64,000 nucleotides of DNA from the human T2T-CHM13v2.0 reference genome, Homo sapiens (GCF_009914755.1 NC_060936.1); one strand, 5' to 3'. Shown: positions 31,640 through 49,024, counted from the first letter of the stretch. Notes: generated by a model not told the origin, from the letters alone. Numbers and translations are program-made.

Positions 31640-32870
31640 CTTTTTAAATTATAACACATACTTAGTGTATATGTATAACACATACATAAGTATACACCTC
31701 AAGATGTGTTTATAAAGTGAATACACTCATGTAATCGTTACCCAGATGAAGAATTAGAACATTATCAACACCTCTGAAGTACGCCTATTCATTCCCCCTT
31801 TCAGTCACTTCTTCATTCACTCCCTTATCTGTTAACCTTTCTTCCTTATTCTACTTCTCTTTTTTTCTTTTGTTCAACATCATGTTTGTGAAAGTTTCAT
31901 GCATATCGTTGCAAGTATTTGTATTTCATTCATTTCTATTGTTGTATAATGTTACATTGCATGAATATGCAGCAATTTGTTCTACTGTAAAAAGCAATAA
32001 GGATTTAGTTATTTCCAGGTTGGACACAAATAATTTTGCTATGAAGGGTTTTATATATGCATTTTGGTAAATATATGCATGCATTTTTGTTGGGTAATTG
32101 ACCTAGGAGTGTTAATTGCTAGGTCATAGGGTATGCATATCTGTATTCAGCTTTGGTAGATACTACCAAACATGTTTCAAAGCAGTTGTACAGTTTTACC
32201 TTCTCAGCAGTAGTATGTCGGTTCCAGTTCCTCGTTGTTGACAGTATTTGGTATTGTCAGTCTCTTTCATTTTAACTATTACAGTGAGTGTGCATTGTTA
32301 CTGTAGCTTGGTTTTAATTTACATTTTTTCTTGTTTGATGAGAACTAGAATACCTTTGGCAATTTTGATAGCTTCTTTTAGGCAGTGCCTATATTTTGTC
32401 CATTTTTAAATAATTATCTTTTTGATTTGTAAGAGTTTTTTTTCTATATTTTGGATAAAATTTCTTTTTAAGATGTTGGAAATATTTTCTCTCTAGCTTG
32501 CCTTTTCATTCTTGAATGGTGTCTTTTGATGAACTTACATAACTTAATTTTAATGTAGTTTAACATCAATTTTTCTGGAAGTTGGCCATTTTTTAGTTCT
32601 AGTTACAAAATTTTGCCAACCATGAGGTCAAAAACAGAATGTGTTTTTTTCTGTTTTACTTTTCACACTTAGATCTATAATTTTTATTGTGTTTTTGTGT
32701 ATGTGGTATAAGCCAGGAGTAAAGATTTGGTTTTTTTCCCTCATATGGATACCCACTTGAACCTACAATATTTGTTTTAAAAACTGTGTTGCAGTATCAC
32801 CATTGTCATAAATCCACCAATCATATATGTATAGATCTTTTTCTAGATTCTTTTTCATTGGTTTATTTGC
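31640..32870 (-). mobile_element. Ancient L1M (ME/MD) fragment
   Basis: acctaggagtgttaattgctaggtcatagggtatgc and gtgtcttttgatgaac are antisense L1M motifs. Confidence 0.7.
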
Positions 32871-33201
32871 CCCGTTAGGGCTTGAAAGTACCAGATTTTT
32901 AGTCAAGAAACTGAAATTCTTCCTACTACATTTCAGTAAAAATTTGTGTTTTCTAATTAGAGAAAATATTTATTTTCCTATTTTTATGCGTAGCTCATTG
33001 CTAAAAATGTTATTTTTGTTTTTATACCTCTATGCAATTTAAAACCCCAGAAAGCAGATCTTTTAATCTTATTTTTCTGTCCTCATTCTTTCTTGTGTAT
33101 TTCATCTCCCTTCTGAGTATGTGTTTTTTTCACAGTATAACACATCTTTAACTAGATCTTTCAATGAAGATATTTTATTGATAAAATTCTGAGTTTTATA
33201 A

Positions 33202-33417
33202 TTGTCCTTATTTTTGTCCATGTTCCATTTATAGATTGTAGATTATAAGTTATATTTTTATTGTATTATTGTCATTCTGTTGTTTTTTGCGTTTTCTTCT
33301 AGGTTATCTTGTCTTTATTTTTGTCCATGTTCCATTTATAGATTGTAGATTATAAGTTATATTTTTCTTGTATTATTGTCATTCTATTGTTTTCTGCCTT
33401 TTCTTCTAGGTTATCTT
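33202..33417. repeat. Tandem duplication, 107-bp unit x2
   Basis: Unit 1 starts at 33202, unit 2 at 33309; 5 mismatches. Confidence 0.95.
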
Positions 33418-34393
33418 TCTTCTTCTTCTTTTTTTTTTTTTTTAATCAATTTCTGACCTTCTCTTAATTCTGAGCAGCATTCTGGGTAATTTCCTTAGGC
33501 TTGTTCCTTAATCATTTTCAGCTGTGCCTAATATGCTGCTTGACTTATTTGTTAAATTTCTATTTTAGTGATCATGTTTTAATTTCTAGAAATTCTCTCC
33601 ATCCTATTTTAGATTTTCCCTTTTGATCTTCTTTTTTATGTTTTTAATAATTTTGAAGATTTTTAAAAATCTTTTAATAAATTAATTTGAATTATATAAA
33701 TATATAGAAACAAAATATATAAATATATAATATGTAAATTAAAAATTAAATACACTTGATTGTTCTAATATCTAAAGCTGTTGTGACTAATTTTACTTAT
33801 TCCATGGTGGAATATTCCCTTCTGTTTTATAATATTGGTTACAAATTTCAGCAGACCAGTTTTTGTAGGGTTTTTGTACAGATTGGATTGAAAGTTCATT
33901 CTTCCACTACTCTATTGCAATTGCCAATCATCTACAGAGAAATACTGGTTCAGAATGACTGTATTAATTTCTTCATTGATTTTCGGGTAACTCGAGTAGT
34001 TACTAAAACCAAATCAATGGAGATTGGGGAGTAGGCCAGTGGTACAAAATTTGGGGCATTATTTTTAACCCAAAACTACGGTAGAGACAGTCAAGCCCTT
34101 TTGCCTCCTTTTCTTTGAAGGTATTAGATCTTCAAAGTTTTCACCATGATACAGAGCTGCATTCCTAATTCCCCACTTCATAAACTGACCCAGGGTCCTA
34201 TATTCTGTCCTCACTACACTGCATCAAGAGCGAAACCATTTGGTTATAGAATTATATACTTTTTTTTTTAACTCCAGAAAATTAGTGATGAAAGTGTAAA
34301 TTGCACAAAGTGTTTAAATAAATACCCAGTCACAATGGGGAGTGGCAGTTATCAGTATAATCACTAATCACATGAAATCAAGAAAACACAAAT

Positions 34394-34683
34394 GGCTGGG
34401 CACGGTGGCTCACGCCTATAATCCCAACACTTTGACTTTGGGAAGCTCAGGTGGGCAGATCATTTGAGGTCAGGAGTTTGAGACCAGCCTGGCCAACATG
34501 GCAAAAGCCCATCTCTACTAAAAATACAAAAAAATTAGCTGGGCATTTTGGCGGGCACCTGCAATCCCAGCTACTCAGGAGGCTGAGGCAGGAGAATCAC
34601 TTGAGCCCAGGAGGCAGAGGTTGCAGTGAGCCGAGATCATGCCACTAGTGACAGAACGAGACTCTGTCAAAAAAAAAAAAAAA
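34394..34683 (+). mobile_element. Alu (AluS-like)
   Basis: Sense Alu; TSD AGAAAACACAAAT. Confidence 0.92.
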
Positions 34684-34994
34684 GGCATTAGAAGAAAACA
34701 CAAATATAATTGAGGAAGATTAGATGTTTCCTGCTGTTGTATGTGTTTTCATTAATTTCTGCTTTTCATATATCTTTCTATTGCTGCACTTTTTCTAACT
34801 TGTTAGGAATTAGAGCTGGTGCTTACACGATTGATTGTTGTTTTTATTTTTTTAATATGTACATTCTAATACATACAATTAAGACCACAAAATTACCTCT
34901 AAGCACAGCTTAACTTTATTCTACCAATTTGATATGTCATGCGTTCATTACAACTGAGTATCTTCTCATTTCCACTGTGATTTCCTCTACGTGG

Positions 34995-35338
34995 GTTATT
35001 TATTTAAGTTTTTAATTGTTATGGATATGTAGTAGGTTCATATATTTAGGGATACAGGAGATATTTTGAAATAGGTATACAGTGTTTAATGATCACATCA
35101 GGGTAAATGGGGTATTCTTCACCTCAAACATCATTTCTTTGTGCTATAAACATTCCACTTATACATTTTTAGTTATTTTTAAACATACTATAAATTATTG
35201 TAGTCACTCTGTTTTGCTATCAGATACTAAATCTTATTCATTCTGTCCAGCTATATTTTTGTACCTATTAACCATTCCTACTTTGCCCCAGCCTCTGGTA
35301 ACCATCATTCTACTCTCCATCTCCATGAGTTCAGTTCA
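34995..35338 (-). mobile_element. L1MA 3' fragment
   Basis: aatgatcacatcagggtaaatggggta...cagcctctggtaaccatcattctactctc. Confidence 0.8.
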
Positions 35339-36097
35339 GTTGTTCTACAATTTCCTGAGATGTGAATGTTGAAATCATCAACTGTAATTATGAATGTTTA
35401 TATATCCTTTCAGTTCTGTCAGTTTTTACCTTACGTCTTTTGAACCTCTGTTGTTAGTTGCATACACATTTACAGTTGATATATTTTCATGATGAATTAA
35501 CTTTTAAAAAACATTATGTATGAAACTTAGCTACAGCTTTCTTATTATGTTGTCATAATATATTTTTCCCATCTTTATAGTTTTTTTCTGTGTTTTTATA
35601 CATAGCGTTTCTTTAGATACCATATAGTTAGCACTTATTTTCCTCCTCCCCACAGTCTGCCTTTTCTGTGATTTCTGCCTTTAAGTCAGTGCATTAAGCC
35701 CATTTACACTTTAGGAAATTAATGATGTAGTTGAGTTTAGGCTCTCAACTTTTATTTATCTAAAAATTTTATTTTGCCTTCATGTTTCAAGGATATTTTT
35801 GATGCATATAAAACTGTAGGTTTTAGGGTTTTGTCTGAGCACTTTAAAGATAGCATTCTTATTGACAAGAAGTCAACTTTTTTCTTATTGCTCTTGTATA
35901 TGTATTGTAGACTCTCACTACTTTTAATATGTTCTCTTTATTACTGATATTTAATTTGGTTATGATATGCCTTGCAGTTTCATTGCTTATTTTACTTGGG
36001 GTTCATTTAGTTTCTTGGATCTGTGGTTTGGTATCTTACGTAAAATTTGGAGAGTTTTTCACAATCACTTCTTCCAATATTTTTCTTTCCCCTCTTG

Positions 36098-36616
<519 letters not shown>

Positions 36617-36782
36617 AATATGTATATTAGATCATGGGGGTGTTCCACAGGTCACTGAAGCTCTTTTCAGTATTTTTAGACCTTTTTTGTTTTCTGTGTA
36701 CTTAATTGTGGATATTTTCTATTGTTATGCATTCATCTTTTCTAGTTAAGCAAATCTTGTATATTTTCTTTATTTGCAGATA

Positions 36783-36922
36783 CAGATGGTCCCCAAGTTA
36801 TGATAAACTTAGTTTTTTTGACTTTACTATGGTTTTATTGGGGGTATTAAATGCATTACGATGTTTTAGACTTACTATGGGTTTATTGGGACATAACCCC
36901 ATCATAAGTCAAGGAACATCTG
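36783..36922 (-). mobile_element. Tigger4/MER46-family MITE
   Basis: TA|CAGATGGTCC...GGAACATCTG|TA terminal inverted repeats with TA target duplication. Confidence 0.8.
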
Positions 36923-38058
36923 TATTACATTTTCCAGCTCAAGAAATTTTATTTGATTGTCCTATATTATCCATTTATTTGCTAATTATGTTCATATTTT
37001 TATATCACTGAACATACTTAATAGTTTTTTAATGTCATTGTTAATTTTCTTGTTATCTTTGTTATTTCACTATCTTATTTTTCTTGAAACTGATTTTTGT
37101 CTTGGTTATGGGTCCTCATTTCTTTGTAGGTGTGGTAATTTTTTATTAGATGTGAGTGTTGTGTGAGTGTGACATTGTTGAGTGTCTGAACTTTGGCATT
37201 TTTCCAGAATGTTGAACTTTGTTTTAGCAGGCTGTTAGTTCATATATGGATTATCAGAGTAGGGTTGTTTTAAAGCTTTATGACATATGTAGATTAGCCT
37301 TTACTCTAGGGCTTGTTTATTCCTTCTACTTAGGTATGACATTTTGGGAATTTCTCCTGAAAGAGCTAGGTGTATATGAGTTTTCTCTATTCTAGGAATT
37401 GTTTAATTACAGCCTCTTATAATTGTTCTCTCCAGTTTTTTGACTAGCATTGTGGAGTTTGAGCATACATCTGTGTAACTTAATACTTAGCAATGAACTC
37501 AAAGTATATGTATGTAGATTCATGGAGCTCTTTCTCTGCATAACTCTTCCCTTATTGAAAATTTGCTCTCATATTCTAGCCTCCTTAGCTTTGCTGTGCT
37601 CTGTTCAGTGTTTTCAGCTTAGCAATCACTATGATATCTTGGGTTTCTCTTCCTTATGCTTTAGTCTAGAATTAATGTCCAAATAAAAATACCAGTCAAT
37701 CATTGGAATAACCTCATTTGTTTCTCTTGTTCAGTGATTACAGTCTTGCATTACCTTTTTTCCAATCTCTGAAAACAGTTTTTTCATACATGTTGGGTTT
37801 TGGTAGGATGACTACTCCAGTACCATACTCCATATGGCCTAAATAAATAGTCACTTGAAAGTATTTTTCTAAATTTTAAATTTACCTTTTTTTTTTTTCT
37901 ACCCCATGACTTTTTGAAAGTGTTTTAATTTGGCTTAACCACAGTTACCTTTATCATTTATTCTTCCTTAGATTGTAGATAATGAGCTTTTCTGTTTTTT
38001 ATTTGTCAGAAAATGTTTTTATGTCACTTTCATTCTTGAGGAACAGTTTCACTATTTA

Positions 38059-38442
<384 letters not shown>

Positions 38443-39121
38443 TCAGGAGTTTTATGATGACGTTTCCACAGCTTTTTTCTTTTTTTATCTTTCTTGGAGT
38501 TTGTAGTGCTTCTGAAATATATAGGTTAACATTTTTCAGTTATTTTAGAATAATTTTCTGCCCTTACATTGTCACATATTCTGTCTGCCCATTCTTTCTC
38601 TTCTTCAGGAACTCCAATTATTTGTATGTTAGAACTTTTCACTGTGTGCCTTATGTCTCATACACTTTTTTTCTCTTCATCCTTTTGTCTCTTTATACTT
38701 CAAACTTATTTACTTGCCCTCTCTTCTTGCTCATAAATTCACTCTTGGGTTGTATCTAATCAGTTCTTAAACATATCCACTGAATTCTTAATTTTAGTTA
38801 TGTTTTTCAGTTGTAGAATTTCTTTTTAGTTCTTTCATATAGTTTTAATTCCTTTGCCAAAATTTTTAGTTTTTTATTTCTTTGAACTTACTATTCATTG
38901 TCATTTTAAGTTTTGTGTCTGATATCTTTAATATCTGAATTCTTGTGGCCCTTCTTTCTTGGTTATTGAACATTGTCTTTTAAAAAAATGTGCCTACTTC
39001 TTTTTTATTGCTACCAAACATTGTTTGTCATAGATTTTTTGTGCAATGGATTTCTTTGATGATCACATGAAGCCAGTAAGCCTTTTTCCAACTAATGGTT
39101 TTAAATGCCTAAGAACTTTGA

Positions 39122-39550
<429 letters not shown>

Positions 39551-39830
39551 GAAATGTCAAATTTCCAGTAGTGTTTAATGTACATAGAGATGTCATTTTT
39601 CCCCCATCCAAGTTCACAGATTTCTGATTTCTTTCACAGTCCCTTTAGTCGTCTGTGGCCCTCAGGTTAAAAAGCCCTAAACATAAAAAGATGCCTTTTT
39701 ATATAAGTATCTGAAACTATAGACAATCAAATATTTACATCAAAGAATTAATTCCCTAGAATGTAGCAATATCCACATGAACTAAAAATAAGTAGAAACA
39801 TTATTTTCATATTGTGTGACTATTTTTTAA

Positions 39831-40141
<311 letters not shown>

Positions 40142-40160
40142 TGTGTGTGACTATTTCTAA

Positions 40161-40626
<466 letters not shown>

Positions 40627-40798
40627 TGACTGTACCTTAAACTAGTTTTTATAGTTAGCAACATTTATGTTACAATTTTAGGATGTGGCATTTTATAGTT
40701 GCCATATTTATAGACTATTAAATGCTTACATGTATTAGTTGCTAAAAATGGTGATGTAGAAGTATCACATACTTTTATGGAAAAAAGTATTTGAAATG

Positions 40799-40923
40799 AT
40801 GCTTTAAATTCAGAAATGGCTATTTTTACAATAACATTTTTTAACGTTATGCAACATTGTCCTGTTTATTTTTTATTTTTATTAAATTTGAAGTATACAA
40901 CTCTGGAAGAAGCATAGCTCAAT
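40799..40923 (+). repeat. Direct repeat copy A (intron 8, includes the presumptive exon-9 branch point)
   Basis: Aligns to 41487-41614. Confidence 0.93.
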
Positions 40924-40928
40924 AATAG

Positions 40929-41368
<440 letters not shown>

Positions 41369-41486
41369 TGAGTAAAAGTGTTTAATATGGTACTGTACAA
41401 AACCCTCAATTTATATTTGAGGTTTAGTGTTTTATTTTGAAGAGTCATTACCTCCTCAGGCATACTTGTTTCCATTATTCTTTATT

Positions 41487-41614
41487 ATGCTTTAAATTCA
41501 GTGATGGCTATTTTTACAATAATTACATTCTTTAACGTTATGCAACATTGTCTTGTTTATTTTTTATTTTTATTAAATTTGAAATATACAACTCTGGAAG
41601 AAGCGTAGCTCAAT
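41487..41614 (+). repeat. Direct repeat copy B (intron 10)
   Basis: 6 substitutions plus a 3-nt indel relative to 40799-40923. Confidence 0.93.
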
Positions 41615-42112
41615 GAGCAAGAAGCATCTATAATTTAGAAACCAGGATTACATGGCTATCAGTAATTCCTATTTCTTCTCTTAATTTCTGTTGTTACGTA
41701 TTAAATTTGAAATGGACAAAACTGCTATATCTAACTTATCTGAGAGCAGGTCTTTCTGTTTCATATGGCCAGCTACTACTGTTAAACAATTAAAGTTAAG
41801 TGAAATATGTTTCCTTCTGTTCCTAGAAGTTGCTGGTAGTGCTGCAATCTTTAAAAATCATTGAAGTCACCTCCATAAGAGCTATCAGTTTTAAATATAC
41901 TTACTAACACATGCCATGTTAACGTTTTACTTGGTGATTAAAATGATATCTTTCTTAGGTATAATAAATATTAAAATCAGAGTTAATAAAGATTCAGCTT
42001 GAAAACTGTTCTTATTGAGAAGTTAATGTGTCACTTTTCATATCAGTGATTCTTAAATCTGGCTACACATCAGAATCACTTGAGAATCTTTTCAAGTATA
42101 TAGATATCCACT

Positions 42113-42399
42113 GCTGGGCATGGTGGCTCACACCTGTAATCCCAGCACTTTGGGAGGCCAAGGCAGGAAAATCACCTGAGCACAGTTCAAGATTACCCTG
42201 GGCAACATAGTGAGATCTCATCTGTACGAAAAATAAATAAAATTAACCAGATGTAGTGGTGCATGCCTGTAGTTCCCAGCTGCTTGGGAGGCTGATGTGG
42301 GAGGATCACTTGAGCCTGGGAGGTTGAGGCTGCAGTGAGCTGTGATCGTGCCAGCACTCCAGCCTGGGTGACAGAACAAGATCCTTTCTCAAAAAAAAA
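42113..42399 (+). mobile_element. Alu (AluJ-like) with (GATA)/(TAGATA)n tail
   Basis: Sense Alu dimer. Confidence 0.92.
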
Positions 42400-42410
42400 T
42401 ATATAGATAG

Positions 42411-42789
<379 letters not shown>

Positions 42790-42899
42790 TAAAAATCTTT
42801 TTTTTTAAAGATGCACAGGTAATTCTGATGTACTGTGATTCATGGACTAGCATTTATTCACATTGATAAGTATTCTGTACAACATGTGTTCACCAGTGA

Positions 42900-43124
<225 letters not shown>

Positions 43125-45601
43125 TAGTGTTTTCACATATTCTTTTTCAGTGTGGTTACGAGTGTATAAGATTTGATCCTAAGAATAAATTTCAATGTGC
43201 AGTATAGAGAACTGATATTTTACAGTATAGTAGGCCAAAGTGGAATTTGGATATGTACTCTAATTTCTTAGATATTATACATTCCAGGAGTAGCAGGATC
43301 AAGGTGAGCTCATAGGAAGAATAGTATAATAGGAAAATTAAGTTCGGCAGGATTTAGAGTAATGTGATGAATTAGATATTCATAATTACGATAGCTATAA
43401 GTGCCCCAATAGGCATATTATTTGTGATTTTGGTCATGGGAAATTGACATGCCAGGAATAGATTATTCATATATTACCTTATGATTTTCTCAGGTGATCA
43501 TCAGGACGCGTAAGTATAATACTTCTAATGTCCTTAAGTGTTGGAACCAACACCACAGAATCAACAGCCTAGGAGAAGACACATGCACATATGTATACAC
43601 ACACTTACAAGCATGTATACCTGCATTTATGCACCTTTCCTAGTGTCTCTTAGCTCAATTCTGTTTAGCTCAACTGTAATTATAGTACAGACATGTCTAA
43701 TAACCAGACTTCAGTCCTTGAACTCCTTCCACTGGCTCATTATGAGTCATCATTTTTTATATTTTACCACCCTTAACCTTTTTTTGGAGTGCTTTCTCTA
43801 CCTTGGTTTATACTAAAAATACATATTTCATCTCACCTACCCTTCCATTTCCTATCCTCTCACCTCCTGCTGTCCCCAAGACACTTAATCTTTCTTTATA
43901 TTTTTTGAATGGAGGATGCTCGTGTTCTCAATTGATCTTAATTCTCACTTTGCAATTAATACAGAGGCTGTGTAGAATGAATTTCTTCAATTTTTTACTC
44001 CTTCAGTTACAAACTTATTAGCATCTGGACTCATTTTCCTTTAGCTTCTGCTCATTTCAGAAAGAGATGCTAATTTCTTCTGAAACTTACTCTGAATATC
44101 AGTCTTTCCCATCTCCATGTTCCCATATCTTAAATCTCTTTTTATTTACTCACTTTTTCCTTTCAGCTAGAAATGCGTTTAGGTCTCTTATCCTCCCTCG
44201 CTAGCCCCAAACCAAAAATTTCATTATCCTTAATCTTTAGCCATCACATCCATTCATCAGATCTTGTTGAGTCTTCCTAAATACCTGGCCTTTTCAATTG
44301 CCAATGCTTATGAATGAGATTGAACTCTCATCATCTCTAGCTATCTGTTCTCACGTTCATTCATGGTCCCAATTTGTCTTCTACTCCAACTTGTAGTATG
44401 AAAATTATGTACTCTATGCAAAGTATGTAATAAGTATCACATATTTCATTGATTTCCATTATGTCCTTCTGAAGTGTATAGATTTGTGTCATATGTTCAC
44501 TCAACTAACTTGGATCCACCTAACAAAAGTGGACAAATAACAGAAGGCACAAAATAGATAATTTTGACTGCCAGTCTATTCAATGAGCTTTCAACTACAG
44601 GTAATAGATGTTAAACAGCCGATTTATATTGGGGAATCTTTGGTCAGAATATTAATGGTTTCTCAACCTTGAGAAAGAAATGAAACTGTTCATATTGCTA
44701 GTTAAGTGGGAGGTGGGAATGTTTTTTACCATCAAAGAAGAAACTAAAGATTAAATTAATTGAGGGACATAAAGGAGCAGTGTTAGAGAAATTGATAAAA
44801 TGTCAGTGAATACTCAAGGGTGATTTGATGAAGACTATTTTTTGCTGCATGGTTAGCCTTTGACCTTCACAGTTCTTTTGACCTCAGCAAATGAACCTAC
44901 TTCTCAATCTAAAATTTGGTCCTCATTTGGCAAATGAATGAATTTAAACATTGAGAATTTGTGGCTTATTCATTTATGTAGTAATTAATTCATTCATAGA
45001 GATGGGACTAGACTGCTCAGGATTGAAAAGAGTTAATTTTCAGCTGGAGAGCACTTTATTACTTGTGCTCTCCCTGAATGACAACTTTAAATTGTTTGAT
45101 TGGTTATCCTTTGTGGTTTAGCTATTGCCTGCATAGTTTAATGCTGCTTTTTTTGGAATTACCATCTTTAAACTTTTTGCTCACTTCCCTCAATCCCTCT
45201 GAAAACTTTTATAACCTTTTACCCATTTTTAGGTTAACATCTAAATCTCTATCATAATTTAAATAGTTGCAAAGTATGTATTGTCTTGATGTATATTAAA
45301 CTACATTTTTAAAAGAAAATAATTACAGTGCTTTTTGTATGCAGTGGAATCTTGATACCATCATTCATTTTTTAAAATACACAAACTCTTTAACATCAGA
45401 AATTTTATAATATTCCTCTTTCACCTTGAACTTGTATTCCAGTATCCTCACAAGAGTTTTATCCTAATATAATACATTTTATGTTTGAGATTCTTTTTTA
45501 TTCATCACCCTGTCAATACTTTTTAGTTACAAAATAGACATTTTTAAAGTTTTTCAATTCCTTGTTATTCTTTAAAGCTCTAAATTTTAAAAATTTCATT
45601 T

Positions 45602-45875
45602 GGCCAGGCACTGTGGCTTACACCTATAATCCCAGCACTTTGGGAGGCTGAGGCAGAAGGATCACTGGAGGCCAGGAGTTTGAGACCAGCCTGGCAACAT
45701 AGTGAGATTCCATCTCTACAAAATCAGGAAAAAAATTAGCTGAGCATGGTGATGCATGCGTGTAGTCCCAGCTTGGGCCCAGGGAGTCAAAGGCTGTAGT
45801 GAGCTATGAATGTGTCACTGGATCCACCTTAGGCAGTAGAGCAAGAACCTGGTCTATCTCAAAAAAAAAAAAAAA
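45602..45875 (+). mobile_element. Alu (AluJ-like) with internal deletion
   Basis: Sense Alu dimer. Confidence 0.88.
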
Positions 45876-46020
45876 TACGTATATGTATATACATATATAC
45901 ACATACACACACATATGTGTGTGTATATATATACACACATGTATATGTATATATATACACACATGTATATGTATATATGTGTATATATACACACACATAT
46001 ATAAAACACACATACATATA
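45875..46020. repeat. Compound (TA/CA/TG)n microsatellite
   Basis: Alternating purine-pyrimidine tract grown from the Alu tail. Confidence 0.95.
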
Positions 46021-46102
46021 TTTTATCATTACAGGTTTTATTAATAAATGGTACATCAAATAGTAAATACATTGTAAATTTTTATAAATAATTATTAAAC
46101 AA

Positions 46103-46504
<402 letters not shown>

Positions 46505-46890
46505 TTACTGCTAGAATGAAACTGGAATTTAGCATCAGTAGTATCCCTGTTTCCCTTTTTATAGATGTAAATTGAAAAATCTAGTTTGCATTATTAAATA
46601 GATGAAGATAGAATTTACAGTTCTTTGAACTTCAGAATTATCCAAAAAGTATTAAACTTATTTTTTACAATCATCTGAAAACTTGAGTTCTCCTTTGTTT
46701 TGTTGAAATCAAAGAATTAGCAAGTACCTGACTGCAAGAATATTTGTGGCTCAGTCATTAGAGGCCTTTTTTTTTTAAGTTTCTGGAAAATATATCAAAA
46801 AGATATTAACAAGATATGAGTATAAATTATACTTGTTACTGTTTTACTTAGGTATCTTGTGTAACCTGATATATTCAAGAAGTTTTAGCA

Positions 46891-47290
46891 CAGTGGTTCT
46901 CAAACCTTAGGTACATCAGAATCATGTGATAGACTTATTAAAGATTTCTGGGCTCCATTCCCTGAGTTTCTGGATCAGGTGGGACCTGAGATGTTTTCTT
47001 CTTTTTTTTTTTTTTTCTAAAGACAGCGTCTCACTCTTGCCCAGGCTGGAGTGCTATCTCAGCTCACTGCAACTTCTACCACCTGGGCTCAAGACTATCC
47101 TCCCACCTCAGCCTCCTGAGTAACTGGGACTACAGGTGGCCACCACCACACCCAGCTAATTTTTGTATTTTTTTAATAGAGATGAGATTTCACCATGTTG
47201 CCCAGGCTGGTCACAGAATTTTCATTTTTATCAAGTTCTCATGAGATGCAGATGCTGCAGTCCAGGGACTGTATTTTTAGGATTACTGGG
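46891..47290. mobile_element. MER5A-like element interrupted by a partial antisense Alu (46995-47212)
   Basis: cagtggttctcaaacc...catcagaatca...gatgcagatgctgcagtccagggac. Confidence 0.7.
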
Positions 47291-47646
47291 TTGGGAAAAT
47301 TGAAATATTGTTCATTTCAAGACCGTTACAATGTATTTGATGTTTAGGTGCTTTTTATCATATACTTCAAATATATTTTTGTGAAAACCTTGACACTGCA
47401 GATTTACCTCAGTTGATTTTTCGGAAAATGTCTGCCACGTAACCTAGTAAAGATAGTTTTTATTAACAAAAGTCTCTTGCTTAATCAGGCTCTTTTTGTT
47501 ACTTAGAAAAAGTCCAATGTTGTTTTTCAATTCAAGAAAGTATGTTAGTATGTTAGTGTGACGCGTTCTTTCCTTCAGAATTTTAACAGTTGAATTTGCC
47601 ATGAGTTCGTAATCTGAATGAAATAAAATACCACCACCTTCTATAC

Positions 47647-47944
47647 TTTTTCTTTCTTTCTCTCTTTCTTTTTTTTGAGAAAGGGTCTCACTCGGTCACC
47701 CAGACTGCAGTGCAGGGGCGCCATCAGAACCTGGCTCACTGTAGTGTTGAGCTCGGGAGCTCAATCGATCCCCCTACCTCAGGCTCCTGAGTAGTTGGTA
47801 CTACAAGTACATGCCACCAAGTCTGGCTAAGGACGGGGTTTCACTATGTTGCCCAGGCAGTCTCAAACTCCTGGGATCAAGCAATTCACCCACTTCGGCC
47901 TCCCAAAGTGCTGGAATTACAGGCATGAGCCACCATGCCTGGCC
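47647..47944 (-). mobile_element. Alu (AluJ-like), linker deleted
   Basis: Antisense Alu lacking the middle A-rich linker. Confidence 0.85.
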
Positions 47945-48259
47945 CACCTTTGATATTTCTTTAAAATATTTTCTGTACTTTGTTTACACAGGATTCTGCC
48001 TAAGAAGTAATGCATTCTTTGACAGTAGTTAAGGAGGCAAGGGCATTAAGCAGAATTATCATTACTCTACAATTTATCTGAATTTAGAACAAACCAAGGG
48101 GCCAGAATACCCAATTTCTAATGCCCAACTTTGCCCTCAATTGTAATATGTAAAATACTGGTATTGACAGGAAGCTATACCAATAATACCTTGGTTAAGA
48201 GGCTTCATGGATACTAATGTTTCTAATTCTCTCTTTAGTGTTCCACGTTACACTATAAC

Positions 48260-48480
48260 AATAATAATAGTAGCTAGCGTTTATATAGTGCTTACTTTGT
48301 GCTAGGCATTATTTTAAGTGACTTGCACATAATCTAATCCTTATAGCAACATACGAGGTTAGTGTACTGTTACTTTCCTCCATTGTATGGACAGAGTTAT
48401 TTTGCTCATAGTTACACAGCTAGCTAGTGAGTGATGGAATTCTCTGGCTCTGGATTTATGCATTTAACCATAATGCATAA
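48260..48480 (-). mobile_element. MIR
   Basis: aataatagtagctagcgtttatatagtgcttactttgtgctaggca. Confidence 0.7.
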
Positions 48481-49024
48481 TCCTGCAGAGCTATCAAAGA
48501 TGGGTGAGAATTAAGTCATTTGATTCCAAAATGAGAGAAAAAATTATCAAAGAGGAGGTGATATTCTCATGCAAAGCAGTTTTAGGAAGAATACATAAGA
48601 AAGTTGAGTATCTGGAAATTGATTCAAAGTATAAGCACCTTCATTTAGAATGTCTTCAGGTATCCTGAGGGCAGTGCTCCTCAGTTTGTGGCTACTTTTT
48701 ATAGTAATTATGTTTCCAGTTTAAATTCCCATTTGTGATTTTATTCCTCTTTCTACATTGTTTATAAAGACTTCTCATGATTTCAACGTAATTTCTAGTG
48801 TTTCATGAAATTGATTGCTAATTCATTCAGGAAATTTCAGTCTAAGTAGGGTATACTCTTTCATAGTAGAGATGATAAAGGGAGGAAGATTTCTACACAG
48901 TTTCAGGCCCTAGAAAGTATTTTCTGTATTAATATCGTCAACTTAGAAGGGGAAGAAAAGATAAGCTAGGATTGCCAACAGGAAAAATTATTTTTGTTCT
49001 AACTGTTGCATTATCTCAAGGAGC

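Noticed and set aside
33202-33417. Repeat-spacer-like structure (also 58703-58845 and 7517-7574)
   Set aside because: Two adjacent units without unique spacers in primate DNA; simple duplications, not a CRISPR-like array.
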